The notes under the pieces were generated by a model, which did not search any database, was not told the origin of the DNA, and worked only from the letters and a program-made list of their open reading frames with translations. The position numbers and the translations under genes are program-made. A DNA stretch of 63,998 nucleotides, counting the filler, from Porpidia crustulata (lineage: Eukaryota), in assembly GCA_964255105.1 (NCBI GenBank). It is 20 parts of 20 records of this genome, joined end to end, with 100 filler letters (N's around TTAATTAATTAA, not from the genome) between each part and the next. Parts side by side here need not be neighbours in the genome. Positions count along the whole stretch, not along the records: positions 35,696 to 38,805 come from CAXUWE010002351.1; positions 38,906 to 42,013 come from CAXUWE010002352.1; positions 42,114 to 45,216 come from CAXUWE010002353.1; positions 45,317 to 48,411 come from CAXUWE010002354.1; positions 48,512 to 51,600 come from CAXUWE010002355.1; positions 51,701 to 54,782 come from CAXUWE010002356.1; 14 more parts are not named here. One strand, written 5' to 3'. Below, piece by piece: positions 38,796 through 52,322 of this stretch (its first letter is position 1; every line of letters starts with the position of its first letter).

Positions 38796-39841
38796 GGTAG
38801 CTGGCNNNNNNNNNNNNNNNNNNNNNNNNNNNNNNNNNNNNNNNNNNNNTTAATTAATTAANNNNNNNNNNNNNNNNNNNNNNNNNNNNNNNNNNNNNNN
38901 NNNNNGAGATGATGAGATGGTTTTATTATGATGATTTGCATAACAACAGAGTCTTCAATGTGACGATTGAGGATGTGACGGAATGGAGAGATTAGTAGGT
39001 GTTGACTTTGATGTACCAGACGTGATACCGCGAAGTCTAGCCGGAGACAGACGATAGCCTCATTGAAAACGTCTTGTTTGGTCCTTACTTGAAGCCATAC
39101 TTCTAGTCAAGTGTGTGTAGAAACCGAGTAGTGCGATCTACCCCTTGAATTTAGAGCTCGCTTGGACTAGCCGAATAGGTTGGGATGATTTTCGTCCAGG
39201 ATTGCTGCACTCTGCGTTGTTCTGCATCGAACTCCAAACTTTACACGACACAGCGAACGACTTAACGAGTCAAACTGCAATGTTACAGGCATTGAACAGG
39301 AAGATTTTCCATCAGGCTACCAGAGGGCTGCATAATTTCAACCGTCTCCAAGCCTATTCTCACGCGTCATTGGTCCGCCCCTTGTGCACCAACCATCCGT
39401 AAGCGCTCGGCGTTACAAGCGGAGTGACAGTGAGACGAATCATGCGTTCGAGCCTCATCAGCTGCCTGAATGATACTAACGGCTCTCCATGATCTTCTTT
39501 GGTACTGGTCATGAATGGCCAAGTCGACCATGAACTACACTGACCTACCGTGTTTGTGGAAATCGCGCTATTCTTGTACTTGGCGGTCCAACACCATCCA
39601 ATTCGTTGGCGCCCAACTTCCTCAGCGTGACACCTCATTCCCATGGCCAGTTGTAGCATTGGCTATGATGCCTCTCTCTTCCCTTTTTCCTCCTCGGCTC
39701 ATACCAGCGATGGTGTGGTGTTTCAAATCTCCTTTGTCCTATATCACCGTCGTACCCCTCGGCTGACGTGTGTAGTCTACGGTGTTTGGTGGATACAATG
39801 AGAGATTGTTGATGGATTGGTTGAGTAAATGCGTCGAGGGA

Positions 39842-41298
39842 ATGCATCCCAGCTGGCTGGCTACGTCAATGTCTTGTTGTTTTCCAAGGTTGCCGGATCA
39901 GCCTGAGCAGGAACTTCCAGGTAAGTCTTGTAGATGTTAGTGAGCAGAGTGATGTTGACAGACGAAGCTCTTGAGAAGTACAGGGAGATTTGCTATCAAC
40001 AACCCCAACCGACTCCTCCACCTAGATTCGACTTTGAGAATATACGTCCAGCCTCTCGAGCTTCGCATCGTCCGCAATGGATGATAGAAGGCCGAAGTCT
40101 TGCTTCGAGGGCGTCAAGTAGAGCAAGCTTTACCAGTCGAACCTTGGCTCGTCGGCCGACCATCAGCACACCATATGACTTTAGGAAAGTCGAACATCCC
40201 AACGGACGCACTGGAGGCTTTCGACCACTACAACTCAGCATATACCTACCTGGTAATGAATTGGAACCATTGCCAGTATTTGAGGAGGCAAATTTCCCAG
40301 ACTTGGCACATCCTCCAAAAGCGTTGGTGAAGTCGAGGTCGGAGTCTATACTATCACGGCCATCGACCTCTTTTACTATCCCAAGAAAACCAGTGGCATC
40401 TAGGACCGTCTCTCTAGACGGATCTCGTTTTAGCATTGACAGTCACTATACGACCAACGAGTCCAGCCTCAGTACGAGACCTCGAGGGCCAAGCGTCGCC
40501 ACCTCTAGAAGTACACAGGAGTTCCTCGACGCTTTGGACGCTCGTCTGCCCCAATCACCGCCAATGCTGAGGTCCAAGTCTGGTCCGGAGCCTATTTACA
40601 CTCTTTATCGTAGAGCTAGCGAACAAAGTCTACGCTTGCGTACACACCTGGAAGAGCGAGAGCAGATTGAGAGGCGATTACCCGAATGCGATACTATCCT
40701 AGAGGAAAAGCAGATGGACAACGGGAACCGTGGACTATCACCAATTTCAAGTCACGATAGTCCTGTTGATGGTGGACTATCCCATGAGAAGGTCTTTGAT
40801 GGGTACAAGCTGTCTCATCCGACACCATCGCCTCCACCAAGCATCCCGTTACCGCCACTCCCCACCGCCAATAGCTCATCTTCTCTGGCGCTCCCAATTC
40901 AAGCCCCTAGCCCACTGCCCCTGCGTTTCGAAGCTTCAACAACCGATCTCCTTCAAAGAAAACTCTACACCCCCGCCGAGCTTCCGTCTGTGCGCGCCCG
41001 CATCTCTCAATGGCTTATGCGCGCTGGCTCACAGTCCTCCCCCAATCTGATCAATGCCAAGGCCTCTGATAGCGACACCTCCGATATACGGCCGTCTACC
41101 GAGCGAGCCTCTACCAGCTCAAGCATCTACACCCATTCCCACGGCGCAGAGCTTGCGAGCCCATGGACCACGCCTCGGTCCTCGCCGCATAGGAAGAAGA
41201 GCTCGCTGTCTTCATGCAATTTTAGCGTGCCGGGCAGAAGCATGAGTTTCGACCTGGAAAAGCATCCGCAGGTCATGGAGGTGGGGTGCGCGTTTTGA
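39842..41298 (+). CDS. Hypothetical Ser/Pro-rich protein
   Basis: Long ORF plus a short first exon (GTAAGT intron about 39921-39961); ISTPYDFRKV and FRPLQLSIYLP motifs. Confidence 0.65.
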
Positions 41299-43087
41299 CG
41301 TATTGATATGTGGTATTTTGCTTTCGATTCACAATTTCGCTCGTTTGTTTGATCAGGCGCTGGATTTAGATACCCTTTTGCAGACCTTAGTCTCTTGCAC
41401 TAATAATATTCGATTCTGATTATCGAGCTTCCCTGCTATTGGTGCCGTTTTCGTTTGTTTTCCACGTGGTACGTTGAAGTTGCACAACCCGTACTAGACG
41501 AAGCCCCCCGAATCGAATTCCTCAAATCGTTGAACCCTTGCTGAAGTGATGAATCTCAACTAAGATAGTTCAAAGGTTTCTACCATATGCTTCCTGGAAT
41601 TACTGTGCAATAGTCAAAAGACACCGACGCAGGTGTGAGAGCGAACTAAGGCAGTGGATTCACATGCGAATAGAGACATGGAAAGAGACCATTTATGTGC
41701 CTTTGACGTATGTTTGAACGGGAAGGGACCTCGAGGCTTGAAATGCACGAACAATGTTGTCGCATGATCGCAGACGAGATTTGGGATGTTTTCTTTTGGT
41801 CCATTGGTTTAGGCGGAGTAAATACTTCCAAGTTTTTCCGCAAATTTTCTACAAAGTCTTCGCTTCAAATGTTTGACAGGATAAGTAGATCTCCCCGTAC
41901 TCTATTATCGCCTCTTATTCCAATCTCACATAAACGAAACCCCATCTAGATACTATACCCCTCCACGCCATCCAATAACACTCCACGAATACAATCTTTC
42001 GTCTTCTCTATCTNNNNNNNNNNNNNNNNNNNNNNNNNNNNNNNNNNNNNNNNNNNNTTAATTAATTAANNNNNNNNNNNNNNNNNNNNNNNNNNNNNNN
42101 NNNNNNNNNNNNNGTGATAGGGGGAGAAGGTGATGAGAGGTAGATAGGTAAGAGGACGGGGGGAGGTGATTGTTTGGGGAGTTGGGAGCACATGGTTGTT
42201 GGAGGTGGTGGTTTTCGGTTGTTTTTTTTTTTGGTGGAGGTTTTATTTTACTTTTATGGTTAGGTACGGAAGCGATGATGGAAAAACTACCATAAAACCC
42301 ACTCGATGGTTCGATCAGCGCCAATAGGGATCGAACTTAGTATGCTCAAGTATAACCTCTGAGCAAAGACTTCGTGATTGGTCGCGTGCATTCAGCCTTG
42401 AAATGGGTAGGGCGATACATAGGGGATGTGTATGGGGAATTACGAAAGGGAAGGAGGCAGTGGGATGGGATTTATGGTTGAGAGAGGGCAGGGTTCGGGA
42501 TAGGGGATTCAGGGGGAGTAGAAGGAAATGTTGAAAAGTGACGAGTTGGAAGATTGGGAAGGTGGAGCGAGAGAATGATAGGGGGTTCTAGAGATGGTTT
42601 ATGATGATATTGAATCCGTGGTGTAATGAATCAATTTCAACCCGCATCTCCACGATTCGTTTCAGGATATATGGTATACAAATTTCCTCTGCCGTATAGC
42701 TCTTGCTTTGGGTTTCGGTATCTGCAGTAGTAACTCCACTCTTACCACTTAAGTATCGTCAACTTCTCGAATGTCAAAACTGATCTACCATGACTGGTGG
42801 GGAGGAAAGCACTCACGAGTGCAATGTTCCTGAGTACTTCTGTCATGCGTTCCTAGTCCGGATTTTTCGCTGAGATTCTTGATGGAGTGAGCTTTTGAGA
42901 CTACGTGAGTGGGGAGTGAAAGGTGGTCTGAAGCTGCCCATGGCGCTTCCTGGGGTTTCAGCATGCTAGGCCATCTACCATTAGGCGCCGCGTATCTTCT
43001 TTCTTCTCTTCTTTTTCTTTTTCTTCTTCTACTAGTTGCAGTCGATAAAAGTTACGAAATGCTGCGCGGCTGCCAGACCACTCTTTG

Positions 43088-43663
43088 TTAATTCATCCCA
43101 TATTTCGAAGCCTTGCGAGGGCTTATGGGCGGCGCATTTGCATTTCCTTTGATCAAAGGCTTATCTCTTCGATCTTCGAACTTCTCCGGCCGTTGCCGCC
43201 TCATGACGTTTTCTTCAGTACCTCCCATCGGCATTGTTTGTCTCCGAGACGACTCTGCCAGATACTCAATCACCATCCCAGCTTCCTTCTTCAGCACATC
43301 GAAATTGGCCTTCAAAATTACCGGCAGGGTCAACATATGCAAGGTGCCTGTTAGGTTGTGCCCCATAAGTCTTGTACCCGTTTTATCGAAGCCTCTTTGT
43401 TTCAACGCCTCAACAAATGCTTCCCTCATCCGGCGACTACACCAATGTCTTACGACTGCTTTTTTGCCAAGCATGGTGTTGGACGTGACGAGCCACCAGA
43501 GACCGACGGTAGGACGGGCATTATAATTTGCAAGAGTAGGAAGATGTAGAGAATGTTGTTTGTCCGCAAGAAATTCGAGGGCCGAGACCGAAGGATTGTA
43601 TCTTGAGGAGTAATTGATGCGGCAGACTGTGAGGTTCGGAAGTTTGAGTTTTGGGAGGTGCAT
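43088..43663 (-). CDS. Basic protein with RnpA (RNase P protein)-like motif, probably mitochondrial
   Basis: GLWWLV...KKAVVRHWCSRRMREAF resembles the bacterial K.AV.RN..KR..RE motif; head-to-head with eIF1A. Confidence 0.55.
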   Translation of the reverse strand: MHLPKLKLPNLTVCRINYSSRYNPSVSALEFLADKQHSLHLPTLANYNARPTVGLWWLVTSNTMLGKKAVVRHWCSRRMREAFVEALKQRGFDKTGTRLMGHNLTGTLHMLTLPVILKANFDVLKKEAGMVIEYLAESSRRQTMPMGGTEENVMRRQRPEKFEDRRDKPLIKGNANAPPISPRKASKYGMN

Positions 43664-43982
43664 CGCGTCCGATGCCTTATTCCAGAGCTCTCACATAACA
43701 GAGTAAACCGTTCCGCACTATCATTTCGCTTATATGTTCTCTGCTGTGAATGGGTTGAAACAATCGGTGAATGCACACTTGTGGAGCTAGCAGTCTGGGT
43801 CGCTTAGGAACTGAGTCAGTTAACCTTTAGACGCCATGATAGAAGCCCCACATCTTTCTCACCCCACCAAACTCACACTTCTCAGCGCCACAACGTCGAT
43901 ATCCGAAATCATCAACCTCCTTGAATCCATCCAGCAAACCGTGTTCTACTACTAGGGCTACGGACAAGTGTGAAAAGCCACT

Positions 43983-44715
43983 ATGCCTAAGAATAAAGGA
44001 AAAGTAAATATCTCTCACGCAAACTACCCTTATGGCTTCTGCCAGCGTCAAATCTCTTCGCTTCTCTTACACAATCCACGCAGCAATTGATTAATATTAT
44101 TCGTTTGCGACATAGGGTGGGAAGAATCGACGTCGAGGAAAGAACGAGAATGACAACGAGAAGCGTGAACTCACATTCAAAGAAGAAGGCCAAGGTACGC
44201 CTTATCGATCCCTTTCTGTCTTGACTTCTTTGCCTAAACTACCACCTCCTCAAGAACCGCACTGACACATCCATTTCACCCTGTAGAATACGCGCAAGTC
44301 CTTAAAATGCTCGGCAACGGCCGCCTCGAAGCCCTATGTTTCGACGGCGAAAAACGCCTCGCACACATTCGCGGCAAACTTCGGAAAAAAGTCTGGATCA
44401 ATCAGGGCGATATCATTCTACTCAGTCTACGAGACTATCAAGATGAGAAGGGCGATGTCATACTCAAGTACAGCGCCGACGAGGCGAGGAGTCTGAAGGC
44501 GTACGGAGAATTGCCTGAGAGTGCGAAAATCAACGAGACGGATACGTATGTTTTATCATGTTTCTTTCCATTCAAGACAGGGTAAGAAGCGAGTCAGGCG
44601 CTAACCTTTGTGGGATATTAGATACGGACACGAGGGGGTGGACGACAACGTCGAGTTCGACGAAGATAGAGACGGCAGCAGTGACGACAAGGAAATCGAT
44701 GTCGACGAAATCTAA
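43983..44715 (+). CDS. TIF11: Translation initiation factor eIF1A, 4 exons
   Basis: [49 protein letters not shown]...LSLRDYQD...; acidic tail. Confidence 0.96.
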
Positions 44716-46820
44716 ACACGCCAACCCCTGGAGCTGATCTCCGGTCACTATTTGTCTGAGTTGCCCTTCCACTTCTGCAGTTTCGGGGAAGCTTGTGTCG
44801 CTCCTATGATTACAAGGCTATCAATAGTCTATTGGATTGCCGCGCCATATTCCTTTTTCGCGCGTGGCGTTTGGGGAACACGAAGCATACTCTTGCATGA
44901 CGGGAAAAGATATATTTTATGGATTCACGATTTTCGGCGTACATCGTCTCTCACCTCCCGTGACTACCCGTGAGCTCCTGACTTTGGCCAGCGCATGCAA
45001 CGCCCTTAGGAATCTCCGCAACGCTACTATGAAGCACTCGCCGCGCAGAGCGATCACAGCGCATACCGAGACGCGGTGCTTCCTGTATCCTTGCCTAGCT
45101 CAACCCCCTTTCCAAGACCCATGTTTCCCCAGGGTCTCAAGAACCCCCTTCCAATCCCCTACATACTTTCTCCCCTTGGGCCCGCTGTCTGCTCCTCCCC
45201 ACAACAGAACAATCACNNNNNNNNNNNNNNNNNNNNNNNNNNNNNNNNNNNNNNNNNNNNTTAATTAATTAANNNNNNNNNNNNNNNNNNNNNNNNNNNN
45301 NNNNNNNNNNNNNNNNCGCGCATCCCGCGTAGCCTGTGTCCTGGGCAAGTGTTCCTAGCCTGGGGCTAACAAGCTGGCGTACAATAATGATAAGAGACCG
45401 ACATACTTCTCCATTTATCTTATTCATTCATATTTGCCATTTCCAGAACGACCAATTGCAAATAGCTTGTATTCCAGATGCAGGGTCAAAATACACATTA
45501 GCCGATGCAAACCTATCCGAGAAATGCTTTTCTCTCTGCGTAATTTACTGGATATACAATTGGAATTGTTGCAGAGAGTGTGCTGGCTTCTCTTCCTGCT
45601 AGTTCTTTGCATTACACCATTCACGATGTTACGATCATACCTTCCCCAACATCCCCAGCAGCACACCGGATCAAGGTGGTGCCGAGCCTAATGAGGCCTA
45701 GCGACGCTCTAGCATTGCTAATTTCCCATCACCGCAAATACCGCTCTGCATCCGGATTTCCTTTCTTCCTTAGTATTTATTTCTTCGTTAATTTACCCCC
45801 ATAGCTAGGTAGTTAGGAGGCCCCTAACACACGACAACGGCTGCGGTGGTGGGGCGGTAATCAAAAGAAGAATGGCCAAAAAACCTCCTTCTTACACCAA
45901 GATAAAAGCAACTGACAGGAACACTCTATAGTGAGCACAGTTGGGGATATGGCCATCTTATACCGCTGGCCTTTGGAGACTGCCCACATGTCTGCATAGG
46001 CTCTCTCCTTTCCCAATAATGACTTCACGCACTCGTTTTAGAGTTTCTTCAGTTTTTACACTGGATTAGATGGTAGGAACGCTTTAAACATGCCTTTCGT
46101 ACGCTCAAACCAGGGTGAGCGCTGTTGTAATTACATCATCTCACATGCTTTACAGCGGTCCCGTGAAAGTTGCTCACATAGCAACGCGAGGACTAGAGGC
46201 GCCGTTGCTGTTAAGTCTAGCAGAAGTCTTTTACTGAATTTCGAGTCTGGAGGATGTTATCATGAGTGGCGGGTTCCGAGACGGGCAGATCTAAATGTCG
46301 ATCATCAATGACTCATTGATCGTTCCAGATCTAAAGCACGAAGTAACTATCTTGTGGATTGGAGCTTCGGCTGCTGGGTGGACAGAGTCCGATGAAGCTA
46401 AACGTAACAGGATGATTTTGATTACAATTGGAAGGTTTAGTGGAGACATCGGGGTATTAGAAGCTTAAGTTTAGAGCAGTCGAGCTTATGTTTTCAGCCA
46501 AAGTTGCGATTGCAGCAAAGTAACAGTAGAATACTGTAGATAGTCCTTATACATCGATTGGTTTCAACAAAATACACAAATAAGACGAGCTCGCCTCGAT
46601 TACACCTTAGAGCAATAAACAGAGTGAGAGGTGGTATGACTGCCGACGGTTATGTGGAGAGACGCGCGGTAAGTCTTCTTAGCGCCGACCTACTGACTAG
46701 GCATTGTTGATATTATCAATTCCGCATCGCGGTTTATTATTTAGGCTATGAAAGACAAAGAAGAAGGCTGCGTGCAATACCTACTACTCTATCGACCTAG
46801 CCTTCAATCTGACTGGCAAT

Positions 46821-48271
46821 ATGATAGCCGAATCTTCCGCCGCTGTTCCCGCGAGTTCAGCCATACCGAAGCGATCCCTTTTTAATAAACCGTCGTGGTC
46901 GAGGCCAGAGAACCTGAAAAGCCCTGCTGACCTTTTCCATAGAGCCAACCATACATACGTAGACATTGCTGCAGAAGCTGAGCGCAAAAGGAAGGTTAAA
47001 CTAGCACGGAGGGAAAGGCAAAGGGTCCTTGAAGAGGGCGGTGGGGAGCCAATCAGGAAACGCAGATGTGTGTCTGACGAGAGCCAGGACGATGATGATT
47101 ACTCAAGTAGCGGCGATGGCAGCAAGGCCGCGAAGGAAAAGGAGGACCTTGCTGTTCAAGCCACGTCAGTCAAGACCAAACGTAGTAGCTCAGGGGAGCC
47201 AAAGCCCTCCCATCAGTCCTTATCCACGCGCTATATAGAGGCTTTCACAGCTCCCAAGACTACCGATAAGGACGGTTTACACCAACTGGAGATCATAGAT
47301 CTAGAAATCGAGGAGAATGAATTCGGTCCATCGCCAGCTGAGGTCGACAACGATAATGTCCCTGTTGTTACGTGCCGGCCGTCAGAGCCACCGGGACGGG
47401 ATAATGAGGCTGCATCTGATGAAGAGTTCCCTGAGCTGGCACGTAAAGCGAGGGAGAAAGCTAGACGGAAACGACTAGAAGCAGAAATGGAACATGTATA
47501 TCCAGATCCTGCTCCCTTATCTAGTGGAGACATGTACTCGCGAAGCTCGCGATCCATACACCAGATAGCCCCACAACCTCCACCAGATCCTATTGTGGAA
47601 ATTCTGATTACTTCACGCATCGAAAATACCGAATCTCTTAGAGTCAAACGGAAAATTTCTCAGCGGCTCAAGGATGTCAGGGTAACGTGGTGTTTAAAGC
47701 AGGGCTTTGCACAAGATTTTATGAGCAACGTAGTCTTGACTTGGAGAGGAAAAAGATTATTCGATGTTACAACCTGCAAGAGCTTGGGGATTGCTGTAGA
47801 TCAGGACGGGAACGTCTTGACCAAGGGCCAGAAAGACATTGTAGGAGATGAAGATAGACAGGTCCATATGGAAGCCATGACCGAAGGGATGCTGGAAAAT
47901 GATAAGAAAGGGAAGGGGTATATGGTAGGCGGCGATGAACCGCAAGACCATGAGAATGATGAGGAGATCGTGGCACGGCAAAAGCAAGAGCCACAGGTCA
48001 AGATAATACTCAAAACAAAGGGGTTTAAAGACTTGAAACTCATTGTTCAGTCGGTAGGTTAGATCTTTTGCTAAGTCGACGTCGACCAAGTAGCTAATAC
48101 ATCTAGACTACTCCCATCTCAAGAATTCTGAACGCTTTCCGGACTACTAATAACGTGGGCCAAGAAAGTGAGGTTTTTTGCTTATTTGATGGAGACCACC
48201 TAGATCCTCGAAGTAAAGTGGAAGAGACCGAGCTCAACGACATGGACTATATTGATGTTTATGTCAAGTGA
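46821..48271 (+). CDS. Rad60/Esc2-like protein with C-terminal SUMO-like domains
   Basis: LFNKPSW, SDEEFPELA..ARE, ILITSRIENT, LTWRGKRLFDVTTCKSLGI; last exon LFDGDHLDP...ELNDMDYIDVYVK*. Confidence 0.82.
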
Positions 48272-48678
48272 GCCGTAGATAGCGACTGGTCCATGTACAT
48301 TAATCCAATCCTTAATTACATTACAACAAGACTTATACACCAAGTGAGATCTTCGACATTACAATTGGATGAACCGTATCGCCACTTTTCACCTCCCAAG
48401 CCCCGCCATCCNNNNNNNNNNNNNNNNNNNNNNNNNNNNNNNNNNNNNNNNNNNNTTAATTAATTAANNNNNNNNNNNNNNNNNNNNNNNNNNNNNNNNN
48501 NNNNNNNNNNNGAATTGCGCTGCACGCCCCCAGAAGGCTGTAAGATAGCTATGGAGAGTGAGAACTAAGCTCGCTGCATCCTCCGAACATCACATCTCAG
48601 ATCTTCAGGGCAACCCAGCATATCTAAGAAAGTGCCATAATGGGGACCCTTCCAAAATATTGTAGCCCCATTTCCCAT

Positions 48679-50627
48679 CTAGAATCTATACTTCGCTTGC
48701 CAAACCATACGCGTGCTCCGATGTTGTAGCTTCATCCCCCTTCCTTCTTGTGCCATCTTGACCCGCTTTGAGGATGCTGGCCAATGATCCAGAAGCTTAG
48801 CTCTCACTTCACGGTCGAATTTGCGGAAAGACTTTTGAAAGAGTGCCAAATTATTATATGGCATGGAGGGCAGACTTTCATCTACCGGTACAAATCTTTG
48901 TTGCCGGTAAACCAAGTTCATGACATCGAATACATACTGGTATACGCTTGATATACAGCGGGCGAGTAAGCCCCAAAGTCCATCGCGGTTTATCTTCCAC
49001 AAATACTGAACGTTGCTGGGATAATTCTGTTCGCTCCCTGCAGTGAATGCACCAAGACTGGACAGCCGGCGGAAGCGTTCCATGTATATCCTCTGTAGCC
49101 TCTAAGAGGGACTCATACCAGTCAGGTCTCGGTCTTCGTCGACGACGTGTTGGAATCTCCGTTTCAATTGATTGTTAGGCTTCATCACTGTGTCTGGATT
49201 CGTCGAACGATCTCGTCTGCAGGGGATCAGGAATTCTGGTTGTTTGTTGTTCCTTGATTCTGCTATCGGATGTCTGAGCTAAACCACGCACGGCCAAACC
49301 GAGTATTTTGTTCCTCAGAAAGCTCTCCCGCATGTTCGGTCTCCAGAGTTTGTTGGCACAGTATTGATCCCTGCACGGCAGGTCCGTTGCTGCCATGCAA
49401 GTTGCCATGAACGTGATTACGTCCTGTCTCCTCGATATCTCGCTTTGGAGAGGCTCGTAAAAAAGTCGCTAGGGGTGAGCCGCAAATAGAAGGATTCTTC
49501 TCACTATGGATTCTTCGTCGACATTTTTGTAATTGATTTCGTAATCTATGGCGATATGATAACCGTCAAGTGTGTCCCAGAGCGGTCAGATTGTGAGTTT
49601 ATAATTAGGATCACCCATTAGACGTTCTTGAACTTTCTTCCCATACATTATGATGACCTTAGCTTGACTGGACTCGAGGATCTGCCTGTTAAAAGCTCCA
49701 TGACGATCTATAATTTGTATTGGATGTTTTTCGAGGCCTCTCGATTGGTCAGATCGACGGTGCATGTGGTCGAACACCAGTGTTTCATCTTTCCTAAAGG
49801 CATCATTGCGAGGCATCCGTTAGTAATGTCGGCTGTCTCGCCATTAGCTATACGAGAAGTCGTGTAGGATGGCTCGTGGAGATAATGAGCTAGTGTTGAT
49901 GTTGTCAATCCGGAAGGCTTTACGAAAAGACTTTCGTCAACACATCTTCCAAGCTGAGCCCAGGTTTGGCATTCTAGCGATTTAAAGTCTTCAAAAGCTC
50001 TATGAAGCTGAAATCCTCGGTCATCGATTCCTATCTTGCAGTCAGAAGCCTTGCCATCAAGTATCAGAACAGTGGACACACTTGTCATGTCTCATGTTTC
50101 GAGCTCTGTTTAGCAGTGGACGTAAAGAATATGCTAGACTTTGATGACATTTTTCTAGGCCGCATGCAGCAGGGTCAGGGAGTAACAGCTCGCCGAGAAT
50201 ACGATACTGTGTTTCGCTTTGGCCAATCTCAATTCCGAGACCCTGGTCTGGTCGAGATAGAGCAGACTGTATGATCATGGCCGATGCAAGAGATGGCCGA
50301 GCGTTGCTGAATCCTTGTAAGCAAATTCTCAATACAGGCTTCGAAGACTTACCGTAGGCGGGGGCGTGATTCACGCTTCCTCACTACCTTTATGAGACCG
50401 GTCGCTGCCCGAGGAAGTTGGCATTCATGTGTGGCTCTACTCCTAGCAGCGCAAAAGGCACATCTGGTGTTTTTTTTTGATACAGTGCAAAACATTCGAC
50501 GTTCGTTGCAGTCATGGCAGCTAGAGCCTAAGGGTAAGGCAGTTGCAGTTGGACAGACAAGAATCCGCCTAGCAGTCGAATGATGGCTGCTTTTTAAGAT
50601 GCTTGCCCACTTGGGTATTGTTGACAT
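48679..50627 (-). pseudogene. Decayed gene(s): Zn2Cys6-like cluster followed by a uracil-DNA-glycosylase-fold-like region
   Basis: C-x2-C-x6-C-x8-C-x2-C-x9-C within ORF 50349-50627; downstream LHEP...ETLVFD...AKVIIMYGK...LFAAHP* is broken by a frameshift and in-frame stops. Confidence 0.45.
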
Positions 50628-51473
50628 GATGTTTAGGATGCATATCTTGTCCTAAGGCTTGAAGTTAGTCTCTACTGGCCACTGAAAATTCGCGAGAGCT
50701 TTATACGAATTTCAAGTTTACTCACCTTTCTGATGGTCGACAGAAGGTCAGGCACACCTGTGGTTTTCACTCAAAAGCAGAAGGAGCTTTGCAGGTCTAC
50801 AAGTTTACTTTACCAGCGTCAAGAATGCTGTGTTATAGAAATTCCAACTGTGTTGAAAAGTAAGTTGCGTCAAGCTTTGTGGAGCTGCCCGACAACCGAA
50901 ATCTTTATCGAGGAGTGCCGGCAAATCCATGGGGATTGCTGCCTTAGAATGAGTGTGTGATTGAGCACTGCATATCCTCCTGCTTATAGATAGAGCAGAG
51001 CTTGCTCTAGCTACCATCGCTGGACTGAGGCTTCCAGCTTCCGACCAATAGGATAATGACTTCACCGTCACTTCTAGAGATGTTCGCGCTAATTCAGTAG
51101 CCCTCGCAGAGGACCAAAGAGCTGCTAAAGACCTCGTACCCTCTATCTTTTCTTCTCTGTACAATGTCGACCGTTTTGAGGATGCTGACCAGCCATTCAG
51201 GGGACTCTGTCAAACCAAAACTTTACGAAGCTAGGCTTTTCGCTGAGAAGACTCTTCTAAGAAGAGGGGAGAGATAACGAGCCTCGCGAGAGTATCATCT
51301 GTGTCGAATTATTGTTAAGACTTGACAATTTCTATATTGATGATAGGGATGGAGGAAATGTGGGATGCCATTTGGGTTCCTGGGGGACCTTTTCAGTGCC
51401 GGGTGGAAAGCGGATTTATGTCTTCCTTATATAGGAATTCTTCGTCTTGTCTCAGGTAGCCGATGCGCAGGGA

Positions 51474-51545
51474 GGATAGATGTTTGGATGTTTGGATGTT
51501 TGGATGGTTAGATGGTTGGATATTTAAATATTCAGATGGTGTTTC
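51474..51545 (+). repeat. Degenerate (GGATGTTT)n octamer tandem repeat
   Basis: GATGTTTG-GATGTTTG-GATGTTTG-GATGGTTA-GATGGTTG-GATATTTA. Confidence 0.7.
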
Positions 51546-52322
51546 GTGGGTAGTATTTATGGGTAGGGAAAGGGAAGAAACAGATGGAAGAAAGGGGTAG
51601 NNNNNNNNNNNNNNNNNNNNNNNNNNNNNNNNNNNNNNNNNNNNTTAATTAATTAANNNNNNNNNNNNNNNNNNNNNNNNNNNNNNNNNNNNNNNNNNNN
51701 GGAGGATAGTAGACGAGGGGGAGAGATTAATACAGAATGGATTGAAGGGAGAATATAAGTGTGAAAACATCGAAACGGGAAAGAAGATGATGTGAAAGTC
51801 AAGATGGTGTAGCCCTGGTTGAATATATAGATGTGTATAAAATATACTGCCACGTTTAGTACCAAGACCTGGCAGCTACCAAAAGCCAACATAGCCGTAG
51901 CCCCTTTCGAAGAAGCGAATTGACACAAGGTCCGCTGCATGCAACGACCGAAAACCACCCACATCCGCCCGTGGCATATCTAGCGAGAATGAACGCCGCC
52001 CACGATGATCAGAAATATCTGCAGGTATAAACATGTCAAGAGATCTGGCCCTGTCTCGTTGCTGAGGGCGTGCAATACTATAGTCACCCATCCCCGTGCC
52101 CTCGCTATAATGTTCAATTTGATGCCAATGCAACTCCGAGGAAAACAGTCGTGCAATCTGAAACATCGATTTAATTTGCGCCGGGTTCCGAAGGTTTCTG
52201 TAATATAGATATATGTGGTGGAGAATATAATAACTTTACGTAGGCGGTATATGTGCTGTGGCGCCGCTGGAGAATAATGCCAGGTAGTATGCGATAAATG
52301 CCAATGCAGCGCTTGCTAGAAG

